A stretch of 64,000 nucleotides of DNA from a virus. Lineage: Duplodnaviria > Caudoviricetes. Positions within the stretch are counted from its first letter, which is position 1; every line of letters begins with the position of its first letter. The notes below the pieces were generated by a model. The model had not been told where the DNA came from and did no database searches. It saw only the letters and a program-made list of their open reading frames with translations. Below, one piece after another: positions 18,242-27,908 of this stretch. Made by a program: the position numbers and the translations under genes. The stretch spans positions 1 to 64,000 of the IMG/VR virus record IMGVR_UViG_3300006155_000013; one strand, 5' to 3'.

Positions 18242-19767
18242 GTGTCCGCATCATCTACCAGGACATCGCCACGGGCGCGGACGAGGATGCGGCGGTCACC
18301 ACCCCGGACGCCTCCGGGTTTTCGGACGTGTCGCTCCTGCCCTTCGGCGGGGGCGGGGCCCCGATAGCCGTCCTGGAGCCCTTCAGTTGGCTCCTGGACG
18401 GCACCCGGGAGGTGCTGGAGGACCAGCCCATACCCTTCTGGTCCACGGCCCAGAGCGACATCAACGGCGTATTCGAGGCCCCGCCGGAGATCACCTTCGA
18501 GTTTGATGAGCGCTACACCGCGCCGGGGCTGTTCCTGACCTTCGCGCCGGAGGTTGGGGAGTACTGCCGGAGCGTGACGGCCTCCTGGTACCGGGGGATC
18601 ACCCTCTTGGCTACGGCGGAGTTTGAGCCGGACGGTCCGGAGTACTTCTGCCCCACGACCGTGGAATCCTTCGACAAGGTGGTCCTGCGGCTGAACGCCA
18701 CCAACTACCCCTACCGCTATGCCAAGCTCCGGCATGTGGCGTTCGGCGTGTCCAGACAGTTCCTGAGAGACGAACTGAGGGACGTGCGCGTGGTGGAGGA
18801 GGTCAGCATCCTCTCTTCGGAGGTGTCAGTGAACACCCTGGACTTCACCCTGGACAGCAAGTCCGACGTGGAGTATATGTTCCAGTTCAAGCAGCCGGTG
18901 TCTGCCTTCAACGGGGAGCAGCTAATCGGCGTCTTCTACATCAGCGATTCCACCCACCGGGCCCGGGGGCTCTACGACGTGTCCTGCATCGACGCCATAG
19001 GCGTCCTGGATGAGGACCCATTCCCGGCGGGGATGTACAGCGAGTACCCGGCGGGGGCGCTGCTGGAGGAGATCATCGGCGGGCACTTCGAGCTGGAGCT
19101 GGACCCGGTCCTCGCCAATATGCCCATCACCGGGTATATGCCCCCCTGCACCCGGCGGGAGGCCATGCAGCAGGTGGCCTTTGCCCTGCGGGCGATGGTG
19201 GACACCAGCGGCACGGAGAAGATACGCTTCTACCGGGACCGGCAGGACCTGCCCCGGCGCATCCCGGCGGGACGGGTGTACAGCGGCGGCACCGTGGACA
19301 CCTCCGCCATTGTGACGGCGGTGCAGGTGACCTCCCACAGCTACAGCACCTCCGGCGAGGGGAGCGACACCGTGGAGGTGGACGGCGTGACGTACTACCA
19401 CACCACGTCCGTTGTGACCATCAACAACCCCAACGTCACGGCCAACGACAAGCAGAACGTGGTGGAGGTCAAGGATGCCACGCTGGTCAGCCCCATGAAC
19501 GCCCCGGCTGTGGCCCAGCACCTCTACGACTATTACACCAAGCGGCAGACCCAGTGGGTACGGATCGTGATGGACGGGGAGAAGCCCGGGGACCATGTGG
19601 CCGCCCCCACGCCGTGGGGCACCACCGTGGACGGGTATATCACCTCCATGAGCATCGTCCTGAGCGGCATCGCGGCGGCGGACTGCGAGATCGTGGGCGT
19701 GGACGTTCGGCGCGTGGGGGAGACCGAGGGCATCGTCAGCGGTGAATTTGACTGCGGGGAGGTATAG
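18238..19767 (+). CDS. Baseplate hub/Tal-like tail protein
   Basis: 509 aa after Dit; translationally coupled. Confidence 0.7.
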   Translation: MSVRIIYQDIATGADEDAAVTTPDASGFSDVSLLPFGGGGAPIAVLEPFSWLLDGTREVLEDQPIPFWSTAQSDINGVFEAPPEITFEFDERYTAPGLFLTFAPEVGEYCRSVTASWYRGITLLATAEFEPDGPEYFCPTTVESFDKVVLRLNATNYPYRYAKLRHVAFGVSRQFLRDELRDVRVVEEVSILSSEVSVNTLDFTLDSKSDVEYMFQFKQPVSAFNGEQLIGVFYISDSTHRARGLYDVSCIDAIGVLDEDPFPAGMYSEYPAGALLEEIIGGHFELELDPVLANMPITGYMPPCTRREAMQQVAFALRAMVDTSGTEKIRFYRDRQDLPRRIPAGRVYSGGTVDTSAIVTAVQVTSHSYSTSGEGSDTVEVDGVTYYHTTSVVTINNPNVTANDKQNVVEVKDATLVSPMNAPAVAQHLYDYYTKRQTQWVRIVMDGEKPGDHVAAPTPWGTTVDGYITSMSIVLSGIAAADCEIVGVDVRRVGETEGIVSGEFDCGEV

Positions 19768-19770
19768 CAG

Positions 19771-20310
19771 ATGCAGAGCTTCAGGGACTTTCTCATAACG
19801 GATAGGACGGCGGCGGACGTGGAGCGGGTAAAGGCCCTTGCGGCCCTCTTTGACCGCTACACCGGGCGCTTCCAGGGCACTCCGGCACAGTACCAGGAGC
19901 TCATGGACGGGCCCAAAGGGGCCTATACCTGGGTGGACCTGAACCGTGTGACCAGGGGATACGCCTATGTGGCGGCGCGCCTCGCGGCGGACGGGTACCG
20001 GCTGGAGCCGGAGATTTGCCCGGCGTACCTGGTAGCCGTGGGCACCGCCCCGGCGGGGGCGGACTTCTCCGGCGGCGGCATCTTCTACCAGGGCGAGACG
20101 GCCACGGTGCGGGCCATCAACGACGCATACAACGAATTCGACGAATGGCAGGAGGACGGCAGGACTGTCAGCCGGGATATCGAATACAGCTTCACGGTGG
20201 ACCGGGACCGGCGGCTCCTGGCGGTGTTTGAACCGCTGGACGACGGGAAACTGGGCGTCGTAGGCCGGGGCCTCATCGGAAGCGCGAGGATCGGAAGGAG
20301 GGGCGCGTAA
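19771..20310 (+). CDS. Tail/baseplate protein (LITDRT..DV N-terminus) fused to an InlB-B-repeat-like domain
   Basis: LITDRTAADV..KGAY..DLNRV, then GGG.FYQGETATV.A...F..W...YSFTV..DR.L.AVF. Confidence 0.65.
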   Translation: MQSFRDFLITDRTAADVERVKALAALFDRYTGRFQGTPAQYQELMDGPKGAYTWVDLNRVTRGYAYVAARLAADGYRLEPEICPAYLVAVGTAPAGADFSGGGIFYQGETATVRAINDAYNEFDEWQEDGRTVSRDIEYSFTVDRDRRLLAVFEPLDDGKLGVVGRGLIGSARIGRRGA

Positions 20311-20813
20311 TGGCCTACACACCGACAGAATGGAAGGACGGCGACCTGATCTCCGCCGCCCGGATGAACAAGCTGGAGCAGGGCGTGGCAAATGAACAGG
20401 TGGGGCCTCCGGGGCCCCAGGGGGAGCAGGGCATCCAGGGTATCCAGGGGCCGATCGGGCCCCGTGGCGCGCAGGGGGAGCCGGGGGAGACCGGGGCGAC
20501 AGGTCCTGCGGGGCCTGCCGGTCCGGGGGTGCCCGCGAGAGGCGCGGCGGGTCAGGTGCTTGCCAAGAAGAGCGGCACGGACTACGACACGGAGTGGATC
20601 GATCCGCCGGAGGGCGGGGGCGCGTTTACTGAGACCGACCCTACCGTGCCGGACTGGGCGAAACAGCCCAATAAGCCGACGTATACCGCGCAGGAGGTGG
20701 GGGCGATACCATCGGGTGCCGTGACCGCTATCCAGGTGATGACAGAGGCCGAGTATGCCGCTCTCCCCGGTACCGCTAAATCCCCCTCCACCCTGTACCT
20801 CATAAAGGAGTAG
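20310..20813 (+). CDS. Collagen-like tail fibre protein
   Basis: Run of Gly-X-Y repeats; ETDPTVP.WAK..KPTYTA.EVGA. Confidence 0.85.
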   Translation: MAYTPTEWKDGDLISAARMNKLEQGVANEQVGPPGPQGEQGIQGIQGPIGPRGAQGEPGETGATGPAGPAGPGVPARGAAGQVLAKKSGTDYDTEWIDPPEGGGAFTETDPTVPDWAKQPNKPTYTAQEVGAIPSGAVTAIQVMTEAEYAALPGTAKSPSTLYLIKE

Positions 20814-20816
20814 GCC

Positions 20817-22070
20817 ATGCTGAAGCTTGGAACGCAGAATATCTCCGGCCTGTACGTCGGGGAGCAGAAAATCAAAAAGGCGTTCGTTGGAGAGCAGTTG
20901 GTGTTTGAGGATAATCCAACTTACACGGTGTATTTCTATGCGGTTGATGAAGAGGATTCGAGTAAAGTTCTCAATTCCAGCTCGTTTACTGTAAATCCAG
21001 GAGAATCTGTTTCCGTGAATCCGTGGGATATCAACGGATACAACTTTGCGGGTTGGTATGACGAAAGCGGGAATCTGGTCAGTTCCGGTTCGTCCTTTTC
21101 TGTTACTCCGACAGGAGATGCAACATATTATCTTAAATACTATGAGTATTATACGCTTCTTGTGTCTGCTTCTGGATTTGTGAGTTCCGAGCTGGTAGTC
21201 ACAATAAATGGAGAAGACTACACCATTACAAGGAATGCAGACGCGCAGGGGAATGGGGCGGAATTGCATCTCCGCAAAAATTCCGTAATAACCGTTAAGA
21301 TCAAGACAATCCCAAGCGGGTACAAATTCGACAATTGGGGATTGGTTTACGCGAATGTTACAAGCACTGCTGATCCGTATACATTCACGCTGACTCGAGA
21401 TTTGGAAATTTTGCACGGGTATCTCTCCAAAGCATCCCGGCTCCCGGCGGGGTATACGGAGGTGGAGTATGTACATTTCCCGGGCGGAACTGCAACATAT
21501 TTTTCGCAAGCAATTCCATCACATACGCAAGCGATTGCTCCATCTATTGAACTGGACGTGAAATTAGGTACAAAGAATCCTGGTACCAACAAAATATTGA
21601 TATCCACAAGCTCACCTAATGGACTAACTAGATATTTCAGTTTAACAACCGAGGGTTCTTCATCCAGCTTTACAGGATTGCGCTGCCCAACATCTTCTGC
21701 GAACAACACTATGAAAGTGCTGTCTGTGTCAGTAAATCAAAAGGTTCATGTGGAAATCGATAATCTGAATAAGGTATTCAAAGTAGGGAGCAGTTCGGTT
21801 TCTATAGGCGGGGGGACAATTGGCACCTCTACTACGACAGGCTACGCAGGCGCTCTTGGAAATTCGTTGGCTTCTTACGTGCCGGAAATGTGGGTATATG
21901 AGTATAAATACTACACCAGTACGCAATATGCAACGAAAAAGACGCTGGCCAAGCATTGGGTTCCCTGCATACGGACATCTGACAATTCTATTGGATTTTA
22001 TGATTTGGTCAACAAAACATTTACCGCCAAATCAGGTGCTGGAACGGTAGAAGCAGGCCCCGCAGTCTAA
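20817..22070 (+). CDS. Putative receptor-binding/adhesin protein with B-repeats and a lectin-like C-terminus
   Basis: Two GY.F..W repeats; LPAGYTEVEY...PC.R.SD..G.YDLV module; AT-rich interior. Confidence 0.7.
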   Translation: MLKLGTQNISGLYVGEQKIKKAFVGEQLVFEDNPTYTVYFYAVDEEDSSKVLNSSSFTVNPGESVSVNPWDINGYNFAGWYDESGNLVSSGSSFSVTPTGDATYYLKYYEYYTLLVSASGFVSSELVVTINGEDYTITRNADAQGNGAELHLRKNSVITVKIKTIPSGYKFDNWGLVYANVTSTADPYTFTLTRDLEILHGYLSKASRLPAGYTEVEYVHFPGGTATYFSQAIPSHTQAIAPSIELDVKLGTKNPGTNKILISTSSPNGLTRYFSLTTEGSSSSFTGLRCPTSSANNTMKVLSVSVNQKVHVEIDNLNKVFKVGSSSVSIGGGTIGTSTTTGYAGALGNSLASYVPEMWVYEYKYYTSTQYATKKTLAKHWVPCIRTSDNSIGFYDLVNKTFTAKSGAGTVEAGPAV

Positions 22071-22087
22071 GAAAGGAGGCACCAGCC

Positions 22088-22354
22088 ATGCCCGAAACAT
22101 CCCCGCCCCGGCCCTGGACGCTCCAGGACATCCCCACCATGCAGAACATGGATAGATACCTGTCCATGCTACGGGCCTTGCGGCAATTCCTCCCGCGCGG
22201 CACCGCAGCGCCGGAGGTGCCCGCAGACATGAACGGCTTGACCTTCCGTACGGCAAACGACATCGAAACGATCCTGATGGAGGCGGACCAGGCCGTTACC
22301 AATTTAGAGAACAGCTGGTTCGTATCCGGCGAAATCGACGCAGGAGGTTTTTAA
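22088..22354 (+). CDS. Small tail protein (DIPT..MDRYL...ANDIE.IL)
   Basis: RBS AAAGGAGG; resembles the C-terminal half of the family whose N-terminus is at 19771. Confidence 0.65.
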   Translation: MPETSPPRPWTLQDIPTMQNMDRYLSMLRALRQFLPRGTAAPEVPADMNGLTFRTANDIETILMEADQAVTNLENSWFVSGEIDAGGF

Positions 22355-22355
22355 T

Positions 22356-22706
22356 ATGCAGGACGGCATTATCAACGGCACCGGGAATTCCCGGTATTTG
22401 AAGACCATCAGCGGCTTTCTCAGCCTATACCCCACCTATGAGGCGTTCGCCCAGGCGCTGATTGCAGGCACCCTGCCCATCGACCTGAACGGCAAGAACC
22501 AAGACGGTTGGGCCCAGCAGGGTACGCCCCTGAACAAGGCGAACCTGCTCACCGACGCCACCGCCGCCCTGGTGGGCCTGGGAGCGGAGGCGAACCCGGA
22601 CGAGATGTTCGCTACCCTCGCAAACCGCATCACCTACGGGACCGAGGAGCTGACGCCGGGGGTGTCGCCCCTCGCTACCGGGGCCATCTATGTGCAGTAT
22701 GAGTGA
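22356..22706 (+). CDS. Tail-associated protein
   Basis: GTPLNKANLLTD motif; position. Confidence 0.65.
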   Translation: MQDGIINGTGNSRYLKTISGFLSLYPTYEAFAQALIAGTLPIDLNGKNQDGWAQQGTPLNKANLLTDATAALVGLGAEANPDEMFATLANRITYGTEELTPGVSPLATGAIYVQYE

Positions 22707-22810
22707 GGGGCGAGGGATGGGTACTAAGTATGCCCCCTATCTCACACTCTACTATATTCAAAGGATAAATTAACAGTTACAGATAGTGGATTAACAGGGG
22801 GATTAGCATT

Positions 22811-23857
22811 ATGGCTACTAGATATAATCGTTATATTTGGGCGACGTATTTGACATCAAACAACATGTTGAATGGATATGTTACTAGGTTAGATCGAAAT
22901 GCAATTACGGATGGCTCTGTAGGTTCTGGAGTACGCTACTCATATGTCGGAGAAGATTATATTTTGTATGATGGTACAACTATATCAGTATCCAGAGAAG
23001 GCAACCAAACAAAGTTCACCGTAACTGTCGGTGGTAGCATTCCATATCCACATTCCGTGAGTTCTGAGTATGCAACTAGATTAAAAACGCTTGCATTTGA
23101 ATGTGATGTACAAGTTAACAAAAGCGGATGGACATCTTTTATAAAACAATCAGGTGTATCCCCATTCAGTGTTACTAAAACATATACTGTAAACAATGGC
23201 TTTGATACTGTTCAATTTAGGTATACTTTTGCGGATTTAAATGGCGCAGCAATTGAAAATTTTACATTATCCCCTATATATAAATCTAGCCATACTATAA
23301 CTGTAAAGGCAGATACTGGAGGAAGCGTATCCGGCGGAGGAACCTACGAGGAAGGAACCTCCGTGACCGTCAAAGCCACCGCCTCCTCCGGCTACCGGTT
23401 CTCCCGCTGGACGGAGGGCGGGGCCACAGTAAGCTCCAACGCGTCGTACACATTTACTGTCACCCAAAATCGGACACTGACTGCGGTATTTTCCAAGATT
23501 CTCCCCTCCTACCGCATCACCGTCACCGCCTCCCCCGCCAACGGCGGCACCGTGAGCGGCGGCGGGAGCTACGAGAGCGGGCGGAGCGCAACCGTCCGGG
23601 CCACCCCGGCGGCGGATTTCCTCTTCGTGGAGTGGCAGGAGGACGGCGTGGCTGTCAGTACCAACCCCACCTACACCTTCACCGTCAACAAGGCCCGGAC
23701 CCTGACCGCCTTCTTCAAGCGCAAGTTGTCCGCATACGTGGGCATTGAGGGCAAGGCGCGAAAGGCGACAAACCTCTACGTCGGGGTCGACGGCAAGGCC
23801 AGGAAGGTCGTGCGGGCGTACATCGGCGTAGACGGGAAAGCACAGAAATTCTTATAA
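22811..23857 (+). CDS. Tail fibre/adhesin with AT-rich N-terminal domain and two InlB-B-like repeats
   Basis: Two repeats ITV.A..GG.VSGGG.YE.G..TV.A....F..W.E.G..VS....YTFTV...RTLTA.F; C-terminal YVG.DGKARK repeats. Confidence 0.75.
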   Translation: MATRYNRYIWATYLTSNNMLNGYVTRLDRNAITDGSVGSGVRYSYVGEDYILYDGTTISVSREGNQTKFTVTVGGSIPYPHSVSSEYATRLKTLAFECDVQVNKSGWTSFIKQSGVSPFSVTKTYTVNNGFDTVQFRYTFADLNGAAIENFTLSPIYKSSHTITVKADTGGSVSGGGTYEEGTSVTVKATASSGYRFSRWTEGGATVSSNASYTFTVTQNRTLTAVFSKILPSYRITVTASPANGGTVSGGGSYESGRSATVRATPAADFLFVEWQEDGVAVSTNPTYTFTVNKARTLTAFFKRKLSAYVGIEGKARKATNLYVGVDGKARKVVRAYIGVDGKAQKFL

Positions 23858-23870
23858 GGAGGCGAGTGCC

Positions 23871-24512
23871 ATGTTTCAACTTTACGCAAACAAAACCCAA
23901 CTGACCGTCCGGGCCCGCGAACCCCTCACCAGCGGCAGTGTAAACGCCTACGAGGCCAGGTTTGAGTTCTCGCCGGACTGGGAGGGCCTGACGAAGACGG
24001 CAGTGTTCAAGGCGGGACCGGAGGTCCGGTCCGTGCGCCTGGACGCGGACAACCAGTGCGCCATTCCGTGGGAGGTGTTAAGCTCCCACGGGCGGCAGTT
24101 AACTGCCGGGATCTGCGGCACCCGGGGCACGGATATGGTGCTTCCGACCGTATACGCGAACCTGGGAACCATCCTGGAGGGGGCCGCGCCCGGGGAGAAT
24201 GCCCGGCCTCCCACCCCGGACCTGTGGGAGCAGGCCATCGCCCGGAAAGCGGACGGGATGAAGCTGGACGATCTGACGCTGCGCCTCTTGTCGGGAACGG
24301 AGACGATAGCCGAGGTGGAGCTCCCGCCTGCAGGCGGCGGGGAGGGCGGTACATCTGACCACCGGTCCCTGACCGGACGGGACGCAGGGAATCAGCACCC
24401 AATCGCCGCCATTACCGGCCTTGGGGAGACGCTGGAGACCATCCCGCGCCCCATGACGGCGGATGAGCTGCGAAAAATTTTGTTAGGAGGAACGAAACAT
24501 GCCCACAAATAA
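23871..24512 (+). CDS. BppU-like baseplate/tail protein
   Basis: F.FS.DWEGLTKTAVF and C.IPWEVL motifs. Confidence 0.65.
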   Translation: MFQLYANKTQLTVRAREPLTSGSVNAYEARFEFSPDWEGLTKTAVFKAGPEVRSVRLDADNQCAIPWEVLSSHGRQLTAGICGTRGTDMVLPTVYANLGTILEGAAPGENARPPTPDLWEQAIARKADGMKLDDLTLRLLSGTETIAEVELPPAGGGEGGTSDHRSLTGRDAGNQHPIAAITGLGETLETIPRPMTADELRKILLGGTKHAHK

Positions 24513-24993
24513 CACCAGCGCATACCTTGACGGCGACCGCGTGGCTGAGCTGTGGACGGCGGTAAAGACGGCCCTGGCGGGCAAGGCGGACCTCGCTGAT
24601 CTGGACGGCTACACCACGCCGGACGCAGTGGCGACGGCCATCACATCGGCTCTGGCCAACTACGCCACCAACGCCGGAGTACAGATCGCCATTGCTGCGG
24701 CTTTGGCCAATTACATGACCGAGAGCGAGGTCAATGATGCCATTGCAAAGGCGGTCACGGAGGCGGCGCACATCACCTTTGAGGCGGTGGACGAGCTGCC
24801 GGAGACCGGATCGCCCAATGTGATTTACCTGGTGCCCAACGGGAAGAGCAGGAGCAACGTCAAGGACGAATATATGTGGATTGACGGCGCGTGGGAACGC
24901 CTCGGGAGCATGGAGGTGGACCTGACCGGCTACTGGTCCAAACAGGAGCTGCGGGCCATGACGGCAGCGGAATTGCAGGCGATTCTGGTATGA
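24499..24993 (+). CDS. Tail fibre-associated protein
   Basis: VDELPETG...IYLVP...DEYMWIDG.WE.LG motif. Confidence 0.65.
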   Translation: MPTNNTSAYLDGDRVAELWTAVKTALAGKADLADLDGYTTPDAVATAITSALANYATNAGVQIAIAAALANYMTESEVNDAIAKAVTEAAHITFEAVDELPETGSPNVIYLVPNGKSRSNVKDEYMWIDGAWERLGSMEVDLTGYWSKQELRAMTAAELQAILV

Positions 24994-25853
24994 GCTTTCT
25001 TGACGATGCACGGACCCGGGAGCTGTGGGAGAAGGTCAAAGCAGAGCTCTCTGGGAAGCAGCCCAAGCTGCGCGGCAGCGCGGGGCAGGTGGTGGGGTTC
25101 AACACCCAGGGAGCGGCGGTGGCGGTGAGCGGGTGGAGTAATCCGAATCTGCTGGATAACTGGTATTTTGCGGACCCAGTTAACCAGAGGGGGCAGGAGG
25201 AATATACGGCAACTGGATACACGATCGATCGCTGGAGAATTGCCCAAGGCATAAAAGCAGCGGTCAGGATAACGGACTCCGGCCTTGAGATAAAAAGAAC
25301 CAGCGATACACGTGCTATTTTCCAACAAGTGCTCACCATTGATGATAGGGAGTTCGTTCAATCCTTCGCGGGAAGAGAAGTTACATTATCGGCTCTTTTT
25401 GGGCAGGAACTTCGTTCTGTGACGATGACGATCCCGACATCGAACGATGAGAACTGGTACCCAGCGGGGACTTCTGGCTCGAAAGTAAACAGCATGTACG
25501 TTAGACTTTCTATCAACTCGAATACTACTACTGGATATTTCGACTTGAATTTCGATATATACGTATCTGCTGGAGGGGCTGGTGGCGGGCTTATCACCGC
25601 TGTAAAACTGGAACTGAGCTCCCAGCAGACCTTGGCCCGCCAGGATGCGGACGGTAACTGGGTGCTCAACGACCCACCGCCGGATAAGACGCTGGAGTTG
25701 TTGAAGGGCCAAAGGTACTATCAGGTGTTTTCCCGTGAGGACCTGCGCCCCGATAAGGCGGTGGACTTCCGTCCGCCTATGCGCATTGACCCGGCGTTGA
25801 GCACAATCCAGATCAACGGCGTGACGTACTATACGGCGGACGCCAATCTGTAG
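24990..25853 (+). CDS. Tail fibre protein with conserved flanks and a variable core
   Basis: NPNLLDNWYF..PVNQRG..YTIDRW and VKLEL..QTLA...EL.K.QRYY flank a lower-GC centre. Confidence 0.75.
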   Translation: MSFLDDARTRELWEKVKAELSGKQPKLRGSAGQVVGFNTQGAAVAVSGWSNPNLLDNWYFADPVNQRGQEEYTATGYTIDRWRIAQGIKAAVRITDSGLEIKRTSDTRAIFQQVLTIDDREFVQSFAGREVTLSALFGQELRSVTMTIPTSNDENWYPAGTSGSKVNSMYVRLSINSNTTTGYFDLNFDIYVSAGGAGGGLITAVKLELSSQQTLARQDADGNWVLNDPPPDKTLELLKGQRYYQVFSREDLRPDKAVDFRPPMRIDPALSTIQINGVTYYTADANL

Positions 25854-25862
25854 GAGGAAACA

Positions 25863-26210
25863 ATGGACAAATATTTCAACAACCACTACATCACCACAGA
25901 CCCGGAGGGCCGGATCACCTACGGCTGGAGCACCGGCCCTCTCCCGGGCCGGGACACCTCCAACGCGGTCCTCCTGACGGACCAGGGCGGCTACCAATTC
26001 CGCCTCCACCCCGGCGGCGAGGAGAATCCGCCCCTGTACACCAAGGACGGCATCCCCCTCTACCGCTGGGACGGGGAGCGGGTGGTCCGGCGCTCTGAGG
26101 AGGAGGTCCAGGCGGACCGGACGGCTATCCCTCCTCCGCCGCCCTCTGAGCAGGAGCGCCTGCGGGCGGACGTGGACTTCTTGGCCGCGATGCAGGGGGT
26201 GACGTTATGA
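25863..26210 (+). CDS. Tail fibre assembly/chaperone-like protein
   Basis: DQGGYQFRL...IPLYRWDG...ERLRADVDFLA. Confidence 0.65.
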   Translation: MDKYFNNHYITTDPEGRITYGWSTGPLPGRDTSNAVLLTDQGGYQFRLHPGGEENPPLYTKDGIPLYRWDGERVVRRSEEEVQADRTAIPPPPPSEQERLRADVDFLAAMQGVTL

Positions 26211-26347
26211 GCGTGGCTGAGCTTGCACGGAAGTACTACCCCCGCCTTTGGGACAAGTCCAGGCTGGAGGCCCTTGTCGCCGCCGGGCGGCTGACGGAGG
26301 CGGAATTTCGGGAGATCGTGGGGGAGGAGGAGAACCGTGTACATTGA
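26207..26347 (+). CDS. XkdX-like small protein (not in the ORF track)
   Basis: MSVAELARKYYPRLWDKSRLEALVAAGRLTEAEFREIVGEEENRVH. Confidence 0.7.
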   Translation: MSVAELARKYYPRLWDKSRLEALVAAGRLTEAEFREIVGEEENRVH

Positions 26348-26615
26348 CATCGAGACGTTTATCGAACTGGCGGCGCTGCTGACAGCTCTTGGAGTGATCG
26401 GAGGCGCGGCGCTCTGGGCCGTAAAGTTCGTCGACCGGCAGAAGAAACAGGACCAGGAGCTGACCGCCATCCGGAAAGAGCAGACCTTAATCTGCTACGG
26501 CGTCATGGCCTGCCTGCGGGGACTGAAGGAGCAGGGCTGTGACGGGCCGGTAACCGCCGCGCTGGACAAGCTGGAGAAGCATCTGAACCAGGCGGCACAT
26601 GAGGAGGACAGCTAG
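26337..26615 (+). CDS. Holin-like membrane protein
   Basis: One N-terminal TM helix plus coiled coil, upstream of the endolysin. Confidence 0.65.
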   Translation: MYIDIETFIELAALLTALGVIGGAALWAVKFVDRQKKQDQELTAIRKEQTLICYGVMACLRGLKEQGCDGPVTAALDKLEKHLNQAAHEEDS

Positions 26616-26624
26616 GAGGAAAAC

Positions 26625-26840
26625 ATGGACAAAACAATCATCAAACGCTTGGGGAACCTGCTGAGCGTCAAGAGCCTGGTCACTCTGACGCTCACCATCG
26701 TGTTTGCGGTCCAAGCCCTGCGGGGGACCATCTCCCAGGACTTCATGACCGTGTACGCGGTGGTCATCGCGTTCTACTTCGGAACGCAGTCCCAGAAGGT
26801 CCAGGACGCGCTGGAGGGAGGCGGCAATGAGAACGGTTAG
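26625..26840 (+). CDS. Holin
   Basis: Two TM helices, VIAFYFGTQ motif. Confidence 0.8.
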   Translation: MDKTIIKRLGNLLSVKSLVTLTLTIVFAVQALRGTISQDFMTVYAVVIAFYFGTQSQKVQDALEGGGNENG

Positions 26841-27549
26841 AGACCTGCTGGAGGTCGCCGTCCGGCAGCTGAATGTGCGGGAGGACCCGCCGGAGAGCAA
26901 CAACGTCCACTATAACACCTGGTACTATGGCCGGGAGGTCCACGGCAAGGCGTACCCCTGGTGCATGGTATTCGTGCAGTGGTGCTTCGCCCAGGTGGAC
27001 GTGGGCCTGCCTGTCCGGACTGCCAGCTGCTCCGCTCTGATGAACGCGGCCAAGGGGGCCGGGTGCTGGGTGACGCGGAGCTTCCAGCCGGGAGACGTGG
27101 TGATCTACGACTTCACCGGGAAGAAAAAGCAGGCGGCCCATTGCGGCATCGTGGAGAGCGTGACCGGCAGCGGCGTGATCGCCATCGAGGGCAACACCGG
27201 CGCGGAGAACGACGCCAACGGCGGGCAGGTCCAGCGCAGGACCCGGCCCGGCAAATACATCATGGGGGCCGTGAGGCCCGGATTTGACAAGGAGGGACCG
27301 GAAATGACTCAGGAGGAATTCAACAAGAAATTTGAGGCGGCGTTGAGCGCTCACCGGCACAAGCTCCAGGACAACGACGCGAGCTCCTACAGCGCGGAGG
27401 CCCGGAAGTGGGCCGTGGCCTGCGGGCTCATCCAGGGCAGCGGGAAACTGCCGGACGGGAGCGACAACTATATGTGGGAGGACCTGCTGACCCGGGAGCA
27501 GATGGCCACGCTGCTGTACCGGTTCGCGCTTCTGATGGGGAAGGCGTGA
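26827..27549 (+). CDS. Endolysin: CHAP catalytic domain plus SLH-like C-terminus
   Basis: PWCMVFVQW (Cys), HCGIV (His), IEGNT; C-terminal TREQMATLLYRF. Confidence 0.9.
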   Translation: MRTVRDLLEVAVRQLNVREDPPESNNVHYNTWYYGREVHGKAYPWCMVFVQWCFAQVDVGLPVRTASCSALMNAAKGAGCWVTRSFQPGDVVIYDFTGKKKQAAHCGIVESVTGSGVIAIEGNTGAENDANGGQVQRRTRPGKYIMGAVRPGFDKEGPEMTQEEFNKKFEAALSAHRHKLQDNDASSYSAEARKWAVACGLIQGSGKLPDGSDNYMWEDLLTREQMATLLYRFALLMGKA

Positions 27550-27824
27550 TGGAGTTCTCCAAACGGCTGATCTCCGATATCCGCGCCCTACTGTGGGTGG
27601 TGACGGTGGGCGGGCTTTTCCTCGCGGCCTACTGCATCCGCCGGGACTACGCCGGTGCCCTGCCGTGGCTGACCGCTATGGTGGGGCTCCCATGGACTGC
27701 CCATGGGACTGTCTGTGCGTTCTACTTGAACATGGCCAAGAGCGACCACAAGGCCGGAGGGATAACCTTTGAGACGGCCAGGGCGGCGGGGTTTCGGGGG
27801 AGTGAGAACAGTCCTAGCATATAA
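27549..27824 (+). CDS. Lysis-region membrane protein
   Basis: MEFSKRL...two TM helices...AKSDH; overlaps the endolysin stop. Confidence 0.7.
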   Translation: MEFSKRLISDIRALLWVVTVGGLFLAAYCIRRDYAGALPWLTAMVGLPWTAHGTVCAFYLNMAKSDHKAGGITFETARAAGFRGSENSPSI

Positions 27825-27882
27825 GAACAGTCCCCGATACTGGAATCCCCGTAGCGGGGACAATCGCACAAAGCACAAAATT

Positions 27883-27908
27883 TAGACGCGCTGGAGACAG
27901 CGCGTCTA
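27883..27908. terminator. Perfect hairpin between convergent genes
   Basis: TAGACGCGCTG-gaga-CAGCGCGTCTA. Confidence 0.65.

Noticed and set aside
19771-26210. Diversity-generating retroelement or invertase shufflon acting on the tail fibres
   Set aside because: No reverse transcriptase, no template/variable repeat pair differing at adenines, no invertase and no inverted cassettes in the window
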